DNA of 64,000 nt, taken from positions 19,654,001 to 19,718,000 of the forward strand of contig OZ210885.1 of assembly GCA_964658305.1 (NCBI GenBank), given 5' to 3'. The notes under the pieces are model-generated. The model worked only from the letters and a program-made list of their open reading frames with translations, ran no database searches and was not told the DNA's origin. The DNA comes from Leptogorgia sarmentosa. Its lineage: Eukaryota. Below are positions 49,061 through 60,309 of the stretch, piece by piece. The position numbers were made by a program, and so were the translations under genes. Position 1 is the first letter of the stretch. Each line of letters begins with the position of its first letter.

Positions 49061-50259
49061 GCTCTGTCTGGGTTCAATTTAAGAATCTTTAGACATAAAA
49101 ACAGAAAACGTATAGACAGATTCACATAATCAGGCATTTACATACAAAGTGCTATCATAAATACATGTATTACAGATACATTGGCACACCAGTGTACAAT
49201 AAGTAGCTTCTCCAACAATGATCACAGTTGACAGGCAAATTCACTTGGTATGCTGCCATGCAACGAAACAAAGTTTTCTGAAATTTGTAAAATATGCCCA
49301 GATCAAAACCAGCACTCCTTTGGTCCATTTTTTAGGGAATGTGCACTTAAAAGGCTCTTGCTGGTGCACAGTGGTCAGTTGCTAAGGCATTTGCTCCTGG
49401 AAGCGCAAGCACATATCTTTCAATAAACCTCAACGGTTAGTATCATTTCATCCAATATGGCGGCAAGTCGGAATGATTTAGCAGAATGTTTGTCTTACCT
49501 GGAACTTGGCTCTTCTAATGAGGCACTGAAAGATCCGAATACTTTTGGAGTCCTTCAACAGTTGAGTTAAAGTTTGGCATGGAAAAATTGTGGCTTCATG
49601 CTGTTTGAATGTGTAAGGAAAAGCCGAATATAGGTATACAAAATCTCGACCCAATTTTAGAAGAATGGGCCGGGTTGAAATTGGAACCTGTTGGCCCAAT
49701 GATCGACTTGTTCCTTGGAAACCTTAATAGTTTGCGGTGCACTGGTCTGATGCCCCAAAATCAGATTCGCACTTAATTCGCAGGGGTTGAAAATGTGTTG
49801 TGAATTTGGTCGTCCAAATTGGCACCCATTGCCAATTTATGTGTCCAACCATACAAATTTGCTACACCTTTGCCCTGATGTTTGCACTGTGTCACAATAT
49901 TTGCAACTCATTTGCACAAAATCTTTCTAATAAGGAATTATAATCAAAAATTTTTTGGAAAAATTCCTGTGTAGCTGTCAGTGGGGTGACCTACACAGGT
50001 TGCAATTGATGCGATATCCTGGCCTGATCGCAGGCAATTGTTACTGGCTTTTTCTCAGCGTCTCAGCCTGATCAGTGTTGCCTTTTAGTTCATAAAAGTT
50101 CATAAATTTTGTCGAAATATAAGACACATGTACAGGCACAAAATTGTGAAGTTCGATTCCCTAATTTTTAACATGTACAGAGTCAACATGGAATTTGTAT
50201 CATTGCATTTATGCATGTAAAGTAATGGAATCCTTATCTATGTATGACGAATTATCTAA

Positions 50260-50700
50260 AATAGAGAAATATCAAAATTGATCTTAGACATTTTTTCGAT
50301 TATCATGTTTACACTAAATTCGCACATACATTTGCACATTCAAAATAACGTAAGAAATGTATCAGAAAATTCGCTCAAATTTGTATACATGCAAATGTGT
50401 AGAAATACGTGCAAATATTAAGGTCAGCACATTTTTGTGAATTTTCTTCGTTGTAGGCCCAGTGAAATGATATTTGCTATGTGAGATCATCACAAACCAT
50501 CTAAAATAGAAAGATATGGAAACTGAAACAGATTCTAGTCATTTTTTCCAGTATCATGTTGGCACTAAATTCGCATATAGATTTGCACATTCAAATTATC
50601 GTAGCAAATATATCAGAAAATCTGCCCAAATTTGCATGCATGCAAATGTCATGCAATTATTAAGGTCAATATATTTTTGTTAAATTTTCGGTAGTAACTC
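50260..50700. repeat. Degenerate ~250-bp tandem repeat
   Basis: TATCATGTT..CACTAAATTCGCA.AT..ATTTGCACATTCAAA...TATCAGAAAAT...TTAAGGTCA at ~50301 and ~50552. Confidence 0.7.
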
Positions 50701-50929
50701 CAGCGAGATGAAAATTGTAGATTGTGTTAGGCTACATAGTAGCTGAAGTACAATCAGAATGAATGAGTTCCGGTCCCCAGGTCCCCCCGTTTCTGTGCGG
50801 TAATCACAGTGCATTTTGGGATTGATAGGGGGCAAACAAATATTGAAATTTCCAAATTTTCTTTGTTTCTCATGGTTTATTCAAATTAATCGAAGAAAAG
50901 TTGCCAAGATTTGGAGTTTTTTGTTCAAA

Positions 50930-52092
50930 ATGGGAAATGGAGATCATTGTGCTGTTCGGGGATGCGACAACGATCGCAGGTACCCATTAAAACAGAAAAT
51001 TTTGCCGCATGTTGGCGTGCTAAGATTTTAAGATAAATACCTGTAGACTTAGCAGTACTGTGGATGTAGATATTGTGCAAAATGGAGATGATATGACTGG
51101 TTCCTTTGATGATGACAAGATTATTGATGATTTGATTGATGTGGAAAATGATGCTGATGATGTTAACCTAATCTTAATCAAAAGGGCCATGTTTATTGAT
51201 CAAGCTTCATGTGAGAAGAACTGCTATCGTTACACTGGGTTAACAAGAGAGAAATTATTATTGGTGTTTGGATTTGTAAAAGAAAAAGCAAAGACAATTC
51301 GTTATTGGAGAGGAACAGTAGATACATGCCAGTCACAAAGAAGAAAAAGAAATTGCTATAGAGTCCTTTCCTCATGGGAAGAATATGTGCTAACCCTAGT
51401 GCGAACAAGAAAAGGTTTTGATGTGAGATTTTTAGCAGACACCTTCGGCATTTCACATGGCCAAGTTTCTAGAATATACAACACTTGGACAACATTCTTG
51501 TCTCTTGAGCTTTCTTTCCTAGTCCCATGGCCCACCAAAGCCCAAATATCTGCTATGTTGCCTAAACGGTTTGCCAATTTTTCTAATGTACGTGTTATTG
51601 TGGACTGCATGGAACTGTATATCCAAAAACCTCACCTGCCATCCAGTCAAAAATTAGTTGGAGCAACTACAAACACTCAAATACTGCCAAAGTTCTTGTT
51701 GGTATTACTCCATGTGGGGTAATATCATTTGTTTCTGCTTTATGGTCTGGAACCATTTCTGATAAGGAAATATTTAGACGGTCAGGAATAATTCAAATGC
51801 TTCAAGCAGGAGATGGTGTCATGGCAGACAGAGGGTTCCTTGTACGCGACTTGCTTGTGACTAAAAAAGTGCATCTCATATGCCCAGCCTATTGTAAAGA
51901 TTATCAGTGAAAGGTGTAACTTATTCACGTAGAGTTGCAGCCTTACGATCCCATGTTGAAAGGTACATTTTGAAACTAAAACTTTTTAGAATTCGTTCAG
52001 GAGTTATTCCCTTAAGCATGAAGTCAATGTTAGATCCTATTGTTAGGCTATGTGCTGCACTAGCAAACCTGGGGAAAAAATCCATAAAATAG
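50930..52092 (+). pseudogene. ISL2EU transposase (partial THAP, HTH, DDE_Tnp_4), degenerate
   Basis: HCAVRGC.N; YTGL, LADTFGIS...VSRI..TW, VIVDC.E.YIQKP, WSNYKHSNT.K, VMADRGF, R.HVER.I. Confidence 0.85.
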
Positions 52093-52181
52093 TGTACCAT
52101 AATTTTGACAGATATCTAAATATATTATTTACAGTATTTTACAATTTAGTATTTACATGACCTGAATTTTTGGTGTACGGA

Positions 52182-54836
52182 CTATTTCATTAGCTCTAAA
52201 AGCATATATGGTATCATGCGTTCAATGTAAAATAACGATGCTTTCGCCGAAATATTGTCCCAAAACTCCTGATCAAAAGGAATTTGTACAACATGAATAC
52301 CTTTACTGGTATAAGTAACAAAATCACACAAAGATAGCCCAGTTACTGCCATGACTGTTTGAACTTGGTAGTAATGCAGGTGATTTTTATTAAGACGATA
52401 AGTTCCTTTGTTATCCATCTTTCCACCAATGCTATGTAACAGAAATGCACTTTTTGCATCCAAGTCTTTTCCAGTATATGGGCATTTGAACTCCACTAGT
52501 GTACTCTTACAACAGTTGCAATTTCTTATACCATCAGGAGTCGCACCAATAAATGGAATACTGTTGCTTATTAACAGCCCAGGTTCTGTGAAATGCACGT
52601 TTGTGTGCCGACGCTTGTAACACTTAATGTAACACTCTTTTGCCTTACTTTCATTTTCAATTCCATATTGCATCGGTTTGGGGAGTGTTTCTGTAGCTTG
52701 TTTTTGTTGTTCACAGACAAAGTTTCTTATAGTTAAAGTGACATCAGTTTGGGGTTTTTTTTCTATAGTATTTTGTCGCGTACATAATGATTTAATCTTT
52801 TTGCTTGTGATCAGTAAATCCCTTATTGTATACCAGTTACTACTCTCATGTTTGTCAGAAGTAACATTTGAGATCTCACTCCTTTCTTGTGTTGTGTAGG
52901 ACAGTTTTTTCACAAATTCTTTTGCCTGTGCAAATAAATTGGTTGTGATCTTCCTTCTATTTTCAGCTACAAAAAGTTTCAGTTTAGATAAAATGGATAA
53001 CTTTGAAAGACTTCTATACAATTTTACCTTACTGATTTTAACTGGTGGTAAGTAGTTCAGAATGGCAGCATCTGGATCAATTTGTTTCAACTTTGTGGCA
53101 AAATCCATTTTATCCAAAAATGTAGGATCTTTTCTACTTTTAGGAGGCCTTGGATCGAAAGAATCAATCCATGACTCATCGTATGGTGTGATTTTTCTTT
53201 TCTTGGAACCACTTGAGTGTGAAATTTTCAAATCAAAAATGGGAACTGGGTCTTGGGTAGGTTCAGGTTGTGGGTCCCAATATGCAGGTACTGATGTCAC
53301 TGCTAAACGATTCCCAGAAAGAAAGTCCTCCAATGAAAACAAAGCTGCTCCCAGATGCCGGCACCCCTGATCTGCACCACCTTTACATTGACAAAACGCA
53401 GAATAAACAGAGCCCCTCTTGTCTAAAATGAACCAAAGTTTATAACATCTCTTTCCTTCTGGTGTCTTGTCTTTTTGGGTTGGAAATACTTCCGCAACAA
53501 CCACATGGAATGTTTCATCAGCATCATCAATGGTTTTTTGTTTTAATGACCTTACATAACCATCTAAAAAGAGAGAATACTCCTCGAAAGAACGCCACGA
53601 TGACAAAGCTTCTTTGTCATAGTCAGCTCTGCTCATGATGAGATGATTGAATATATCCAGCAGTCCAAATGGTGGTAAGGATGATAAGTCATTTGTCAGC
53701 TCAGTCATTTGGAAGGGATCAGGTACCTTTGTTCCATTAGGTAAAGTTGTTCGTCTTTCTAAGTGTGGTGTAAGGTTATCATTTTCAAAATCAGGGTCCA
53801 CTGGTAAATTCATTTCAAATACAGCCTTAGCAATGATTATAAGTTGAGCTTTGTTATAACTGGATGCAGGAACACCCCTCTCTTGAACATACATCTTGAG
53901 TTGTTTGACATTCATGTTATCAAAATCAGAAGTATCTTTGGCTGTAAAACAACCAGACCATTGCTCTGTTTGACTACTTGTACAATAGCCAGACTTTGAG
54001 TCCAGTTCTTGATGCAATTTAGTTTTTTTTTCATTTTTTTCCAACTTTCTTTGTGATTTGCTAGTTGTTGTTGTTTTACTTTTTGTGCTAAGCTTTTGTG
54101 CTACTTTCCTCACATTTTTTTCATTTGCAACATGTTTTTCATCAGTCACTGACACAGTGTTAACTTTATTTCGTTTCCTTTGTCGTTTTTTGGGAGGTGT
54201 GGTTGGTGCTCTACTGTTTTTTTCATCACAATGTGTTGGTTCTGTTGATGTGGGTATGTGCTCTTCGCTTCCATCACCATCCAAGTTGATAGTTGTGGTT
54301 TCAAAATTATTCTTTGGTTCTGGGCTCTTGCAACATGGGCCACCAGCTGGTATAAGCAAGTTAAAATGATTAGATGACGGGTGAAAGTCATTATAACTAA
54401 GTGTAACTGAACACGTGCAGTTCACTGGTGCAACTGACGATGGAATAGGTACCTTCTTGTTAATATCTTGCAGGAACAAAGGTTCAAATTTCAACCATTT
54501 ACATGATGATTGCGAATACAACAATATCTTTCTCCTTAGCAAGGTTGCACACGCTATGATATCTAACGTTTCAGCCCACGTACCAAAGATTTTACTCTTT
54601 CTCAGATGCTCTTCTACGTTCTTTGAGTTGAACAAAAACGGCTCAAAAGCAGTGGGGTAAAGCTCAATAACATTGTTAACCATTGCTCTCAATTCTTCGT
54701 GTCTGTGATCAGTATCACCGTCCATCCAAAGGGAAATAGACCTATAAAAGCAGTTACCGTCTCCTGCAACGGATACTTCCTTTCTTCCTTCAGGAATATT
54801 GTTGAATTTCATTATTTTGAATAGGAAAATATGCAA
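52182..54836 (-). CDS. OTU-like deubiquitinase + SAP-like + SWIM + YqaJ (lambda-exonuclease-like) fusion protein; intact
   Basis: GDGNCFYRSIS...GTWAE...NHF (OTU); MNVKQLK.Y..ERGV (SAP-like); CQC.GG...CRH (SWIM); YG..NE, GATPDG, VEFKCP, YYQVQ (YqaJ). Confidence 0.85.
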   Translation of the reverse strand: MHIFLFKIMKFNNIPEGRKEVSVAGDGNCFYRSISLWMDGDTDHRHEELRAMVNNVIELYPTAFEPFLFNSKNVEEHLRKSKIFGTWAETLDIIACATLLRRKILLYSQSSCKWLKFEPLFLQDINKKVPIPSSVAPVNCTCSVTLSYNDFHPSSNHFNLLIPAGGPCCKSPEPKNNFETTTINLDGDGSEEHIPTSTEPTHCDEKNSRAPTTPPKKRQRKRNKVNTVSVTDEKHVANEKNVRKVAQKLSTKSKTTTTSKSQRKLEKNEKKTKLHQELDSKSGYCTSSQTEQWSGCFTAKDTSDFDNMNVKQLKMYVQERGVPASSYNKAQLIIIAKAVFEMNLPVDPDFENDNLTPHLERRTTLPNGTKVPDPFQMTELTNDLSSLPPFGLLDIFNHLIMSRADYDKEALSSWRSFEEYSLFLDGYVRSLKQKTIDDADETFHVVVAEVFPTQKDKTPEGKRCYKLWFILDKRGSVYSAFCQCKGGADQGCRHLGAALFSLEDFLSGNRLAVTSVPAYWDPQPEPTQDPVPIFDLKISHSSGSKKRKITPYDESWIDSFDPRPPKSRKDPTFLDKMDFATKLKQIDPDAAILNYLPPVKISKVKLYRSLSKLSILSKLKLFVAENRRKITTNLFAQAKEFVKKLSYTTQERSEISNVTSDKHESSNWYTIRDLLITSKKIKSLCTRQNTIEKKPQTDVTLTIRNFVCEQQKQATETLPKPMQYGIENESKAKECYIKCYKRRHTNVHFTEPGLLISNSIPFIGATPDGIRNCNCCKSTLVEFKCPYTGKDLDAKSAFLLHSIGGKMDNKGTYRLNKNHLHYYQVQTVMAVTGLSLCDFVTYTSKGIHVVQIPFDQEFWDNISAKASLFYIERMIPYMLLELMK

Positions 54837-55289
54837 ATTTCAAGTGATATAAATTTTTAATGAATATTTGTTTGCCCCCTATCAATCCCACAATGCACTG
54901 TGATGACCGCGTGGAAACGGGGGGGCCTGGGGACCGGCAACTCATTCATTCTGTTAATGTTGCACAAAGAATTCAGTAATATGATACCACAGGTTTTAGA
55001 GGGTAGATTTTCAGACATATCAAGTGAAAATGATGAAACGAATACTCTTGTCATTTTTTCAAACAATGTCATACAAAACTTCAGTGTTGATACTAACAAT
55101 CTACAATAGAAATATATATATATATAGTTTTGCCTCAAAAAGGTGGCACTTTTTGAGGCAAAACTATACTATTTGCTCTATCTATATGGTATCGAGCACT
55201 CTTTTGGCATTTCGTTAACCAAAACTTTATCGTATATATATATATACATATACAAAATGTGCAAAACCTAGGTTTTGCCCTAATTATTT

Positions 55290-55960
55290 ACAGTACTGTA
55301 AATGCAGCAAAGCAGTTTCTTTCTTTGTTTGGACAAAGGTGTGCATTGCACTTCCCACACTTGATGTAGGAAAAGGCTGAACATGACGGAGGACACAGTT
55401 TACACCTTTGACGAACAGTGTCATAAATTGGCATGTGGTTTACTTCATCTTTCTGGAGGTCGCTGATTGGGTTACCTGTGGGCAGGTGTGCGGGGGTAAG
55501 AGAACGCTTCAGGAGCGTGAAAGTTGTGAGGACTTCATATTTTGTTGGATATTGTTAATAGTCTAAAATAGTGTTATTGCGATAAATATAATAGATCTGA
55601 AGACTGTCTAGAGGACATTTATTGAACTTTCAGTCGCGAGGAACAGCAACATACCTTCTTTTTGGTGGTTGTACTTCCTTGGTTGCCAGGTCTTCTGAAG
55701 ATGGTCGACCACTTCTTCGTTTTCCTTTGCCCTTACCTGCTGTTGTTAAGGCATGAGCACAGGATGCTTGAAATTTCCTCAAAGGCATCACATCCTTCTT
55801 GCTAGTGCCCAGGTTTTCATGATAACGTCTGTACAAGAACCATGAATTCACCAGAACAAGGGTTAGTGTGTGGTAAAAGATGTAGATATACCACCGGCGG
55901 GACTTCACTTGGTATTTGTAAAGGTTTGTGCACATATTCAATAAATCAATCCCCCCCCAT
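55290..55960 (-). pseudogene. piggyBac transposase C-terminal part
   Basis: MGGIDLL....LY....KSRRWY..IF......VNSW.LY; Cys-rich tail RCKLC...CGKCNAHLC....RNCF. Confidence 0.85.
55464..55632. mobile_element. 169-bp solo-LTR-like insertion (TG...CA, 5-bp TSD GTCGC)
   Basis: GTCGC|TGA...TCA|GTCGC; excision restores piggyBac VPRDLQKDEVNHMP. Confidence 0.75.
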
Positions 55961-56094
55961 GAACTCAACCTCGTACCCAGGGTCTTAGTCCTCGCTCCCC
56001 GCTACGGAAAGACCCTGGCGTCCTTTGGTCACATGTCACCTAATAAATTTTACTCCTTTGGGGGGGTGGGTCAGTCCCATGTGTTTTAGTCGCC

Positions 56095-57719
56095 ATGATG
56101 AGCTCGAAGTGTGATATTTTCCTTCGTTGTTTAGAGTTTGCGATACTAAACAGTCCCTATAGTAAAGTTGTTTTGAAACCTAAACAAGTTATTTGTTTTA
56201 GTAAAGTTGTTTTGAAACCTAAACAAGTTATTTGTCTTAGTAAAGTTGTTTTGAAACCTAAACAAGTTATTTGTTTAGAAAAATTGTATTTAAATTCTGA
56301 CGTACTTGCTGTTTTGCCGACTGGGTTCGGTAAATCGTTAATTTTTCATTTGCTTCCTGCGTTATTATATGCGAAGAAAGATGGAATTTCCAAAGGACCA
56401 ACAAATATATTGTCGATTGTTGTCGTTGTTTCGCCTTTAAATGCATTGATAATGAACCAAATTTCGAAGTTGGATGCAAGCGGTGTTCGAGCATCTGCCT
56501 TGGACGTGAAATATTTATCATAGGACCACGAGATCGAGGACAACAAATATGATTGTGATTTTCAGTTATGTGACAAGGCTAAATTAGAAACTGGACACTA
56601 CAACATCGTGTTCGCACATCCTGAAGCATTGGTTTCATGTACGGATGGAAGGAAGTTAATGCACAGCAAGCCTTACCAGGAGAATGTTTGTGCTGTTGTT
56701 GTAGATGAAGCACATTGTATTTTAGAGTGGTGAGTTTAAAATTATCATTGAAATAATTAGCACACTAATTGCACACAGGTATTTTCTCTCTGGCCCGCTC
56801 TAGTTTTGGTGACATTTGCCAAAAAAAATCTTTCACCTCATTGACCAAAATGATTTTCTGCTTTCAGGGGTAAAGATTTCAGGATTGACTATGGGAAATT
56901 ATGTACATTATGTGCAAGCTTTCCAAGTGTGCCTATCTTAGCCATGACTGCTACAGCAAGTAAGAGCGATAGAGAGTGCATAAAGGAGTCACTTGGACTT
57001 TAAAAATGTGCAGAAGTTGTTGGAAATCCGGATCGTGTAAATATTACATACACAAAACATTTTAGGGAAGGTTCAGATGTGGATTCCCTTGTAAATATCC
57101 TCACTCCAATAGCACAAGGTTTGCTGGAACAACTGAAAAAATATCCTTTGACAATAATATACATTCCCTTGAAGTGGTGTGGATTTGGATATAAAATATT
57201 TGAGTCACTTTTGGGAAGCAACCAGTATTATCCGCAAGGATCATCACCTATACCAGAGAATAGGTTATTTGCTCAATTTCATTCACCACAAACAAATGAA
57301 ATGAAGGATCAAATACTTAGACAGCTGTGCTCGTCAGAAAGCACTGTTCGAGTTGTATTTGCAACAGTAGCCTTGGGAATGGTGTTGATATACGTGGGGT
57401 CCGTAATGTTATTCACATCACCCCACCCTACACCATCCAGGCATACTTCCAGGAAACTGGCAGGGCTGGGAGAGATGGAGAGCCGGCAACTGCCATTTTG
57501 TATTACAACAATCGGGATATTGCAAAGAACAAACCTGGGATACAGGAAGCAATTAGAACCTATTGCCAAAGTGAAAGGAAGTGCCTTAGAAATATTTTGC
57601 TTACCTCAATAGACACTGAGATGGAATATTTAAAATCATTATCTCCAAAACATATTTGTTGTAGTGTTTGCCAGCCTGAGTGTGATTGTTTCAAGTGCAA
57701 CAGGCTCCAATTAAATTAG
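56095..57719 (+). pseudogene. RecQ-like SF2 helicase of AcademH (one intron, stops and frameshift)
   Basis: LPTGFGKS, VVSPLNAL, HPE, VVDEAH, AMTATA, FATVALGMGVD, YFQETGRAGRDG. Confidence 0.88.
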
Positions 57720-58672
57720 CTACTGTTGTATGTATACCAATACTAGAAATACATATATGCAGAAACCCCTCGCTTTACTAATCAATTAATGCAACTATAT
57801 TTTTGGAACATGAAGTACTTCAAAGGCGGCCTGAGGTTGTTGTCATGGCAACACGATCGGAAATTTATATTTCTGTCATTTTTTGAAAACAGTCAAAATA
57901 TCAGCTTTTTTATTGGTTTTATTGGCATTTTTTTTTAATTTGGAGAACAATTTGTTATCCGTACGTAATTAGGACTAATATAAACTTAAATTTGGTGCGA
58001 AATACTACATTTATTTGCATAAAACGTTTTAATTAAATATTCAAGTCAGTCTGATATGAAACAATTTCCAGCCAATGTTCGCTCGTGTTCTTTGGGGTAA
58101 AGTTTGCAAATATTTTGTGAAGTCTTGCCTTTAAAAAGATAAACTTATACTCTGGAATTGAGCCGTGAATAGATTAAATGCGGCTACGGCGACCTTTCAT
58201 ACAAATTAATAGTTATAATTAATAGTTAATAGATAGTAAATGTACGCAAAACAAAATTTCATTGCTGACAACATACTGACGAACTTATCTTGTGTTTCAA
58301 TCCGTAGTCGTTTGTTTCCCTTCCTTAGCGTTTTATATCTTCTGAGAAGGCTTTTCAAGTCTTACAGCGTAGATCTTGTCTTTGTTTTCGCCTTTCTAAA
58401 GTACCAAAAGCTTTAAAAAGCTTCGGCTCGTCATGATAGTCCACCATCATTTTGAGATCAGTGATGACCACCCATACACAGTAACCCAAAATGGCCGCCA
58501 AATCGAGCAACTTTGGACTCCGCTATGGCGGAATTATTACCTTAGCCCCGGGCTAATGCCCGGACGGCGCTTTGCGCCGTGGCTCGGGGATTAAAAAATA
58601 GAGAAATGTAATGTATTATTGACACAAATTTATTATATGTATGTATTATCAACACAAATTTATTATATACAT

Positions 58673-59867
58673 GAGGGGGACATTGGGAGGGTCTCAACAC
58701 CGCAATACCGCACAAAAATTCCGAAAATAACGCATCACCGCGGAAAAAATAAATAATTACCGCATACCGTAAACAAAACAAAAAATAAATAAAATCCCGA
58801 GTTTCCGCTAAACACCGTTTTTAACACCCTGTTTACGTGTTATTAACTTGAGAATGTAATATTGAATGTGCGTTCCAAGTGCCGTATGCGATGAAGCGAA
58901 ACAAAAAGGCGTTTAAAAACGCAGTTTGCGTTTCAAATACGAATTGCGTTTGAAAAAAAACACGCAGAATTGATAAACTATAAACATGAATAACACAGTC
59001 AGATCGTAGCGTAACAATTTCGTCACTGCAAGGTTCTGCTACTACTTCACGTCGTGTAGTTCATATATAGGTAGGGATCGCCAAGATGTTCATGAAGATG
59101 CTTATACTAGTCTCATAGGAAGCTTCTCTGTCAGTCTCTTTATAAACCATGTTTCCCATTGACAAATAAAATCATTTGTGCTTTTATACCAGCACAAAAT
59201 CTGCAAAGTCTCATCGCCTCATGAAGGATTTTTAATAGAGAGTCGTTGTAGCGGTTTATTTATATATGTACTTTTTAACCAGGAGCTTTTTCTATTGACG
59301 AGTAAAATCGTTTCGCGTTTAAAACCACCTTAAAATTAATCTTTCACGACAATGGCCGATTGTTTACTCTGATTGCCATCCCAAAACGTGATGTTGCACC
59401 AATCAAGAAGTTTGCCGAGCTCCCGATTTCTCCTTGAACAAATTCCTCAGTGTCAGTCCTTACTTCCTCATCACTACTTTCCGCTGAAATGCAGAACACA
59501 GGCGAGAACGAAAAAAATATTACTCATTTCGTCATTTAGAGATCTGACATCCGGATCAAATTACGTATCAGGTTTATCAGAAATACACACATGATTGGCT
59601 TTTGGAATAATTATGGCATCGCTTCTTGTCGTAACAACGGAAGAACTGCAAGTTAATCGGCAATCCCGCGCACCGCAATGAATTTAAAACACCGTAATAC
59701 CGCTATTTTTGGTATTTTTTCCCGCAACACCGCAGCTTTAAAAACGAAATCTCGCACACCGCAAGAGTTGACCATACCGCAACACTGCAAAGTTCGATTT
59801 TTTTCACCGCAATTCCGCACAAAAAAATGGCCGATATCGCAGTACCGCAAATCCCAATGTCCCCCTC
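58673..59867. mobile_element. MITE with 16-bp TIRs and apparent 6-bp TSD ATACAT
   Basis: ATACAT|GAGGGGGACATTGGGA ... TCCCAATGTCCCCCTC|ATACAT; many ACCGCA motifs near both ends. Confidence 0.8.
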
Positions 59868-60309
59868 ATACATCACTTTATTATCTTACTAACAATTATG
59901 GAATTTATCATTTTACAATTTACAACGAGCTACATGTAGTTGTAAATGTATGTGAGGAAGTCTACTACAAAACCTGAAAGCTTTGAGTGTACATTTGTGT
60001 TTTAAGGAAAAAGCCTTTGTTAGTATAACTCTTACCCAGCAATGAACTATTATTACGTTACCTATAATGCGGCATAGCTTCCCGATATAAAAGTATGGGG
60101 GAACTTTGCAGCATAACATGTAATATACTCTTTGGGGGTGAAGGAAACTACTGAGAAATTGTCATTCAGATGTTTAACAACAAGAAATCTCATTTAGTCA
60201 GTGCAAAGGGAGCATTGATGCATCATAGGTTAATGTACTGAGTTACAAATAAATAGGACCATCTAAAGACAGATAAGATGGAAGAATCTGGCATTCTTAC
60301 CAAAAGTAT

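Larger units (their letters stand above)
50755..54953. mobile_element. ISL2EU (PIF/Harbinger-related) transposon with ~90-bp TIRs and two convergent genes
   Basis: CAGAATGAATGAGTT.CCGGTCCCCAGG...GGGGCAAACAAATATT inverted at both ends; TSD not resolved. Confidence 0.88.

Noticed and set aside
52408..54660. Plus-strand ORFs overlapping the 884-aa gene
   Set aside because: Antisense shadows of the real minus-strand ORF.
56095..57719. Host RecQ/WRN/BLM helicase
   Set aside because: Minimal helicase with stops, next to a transposon terminus and a convergent Academ transposase.
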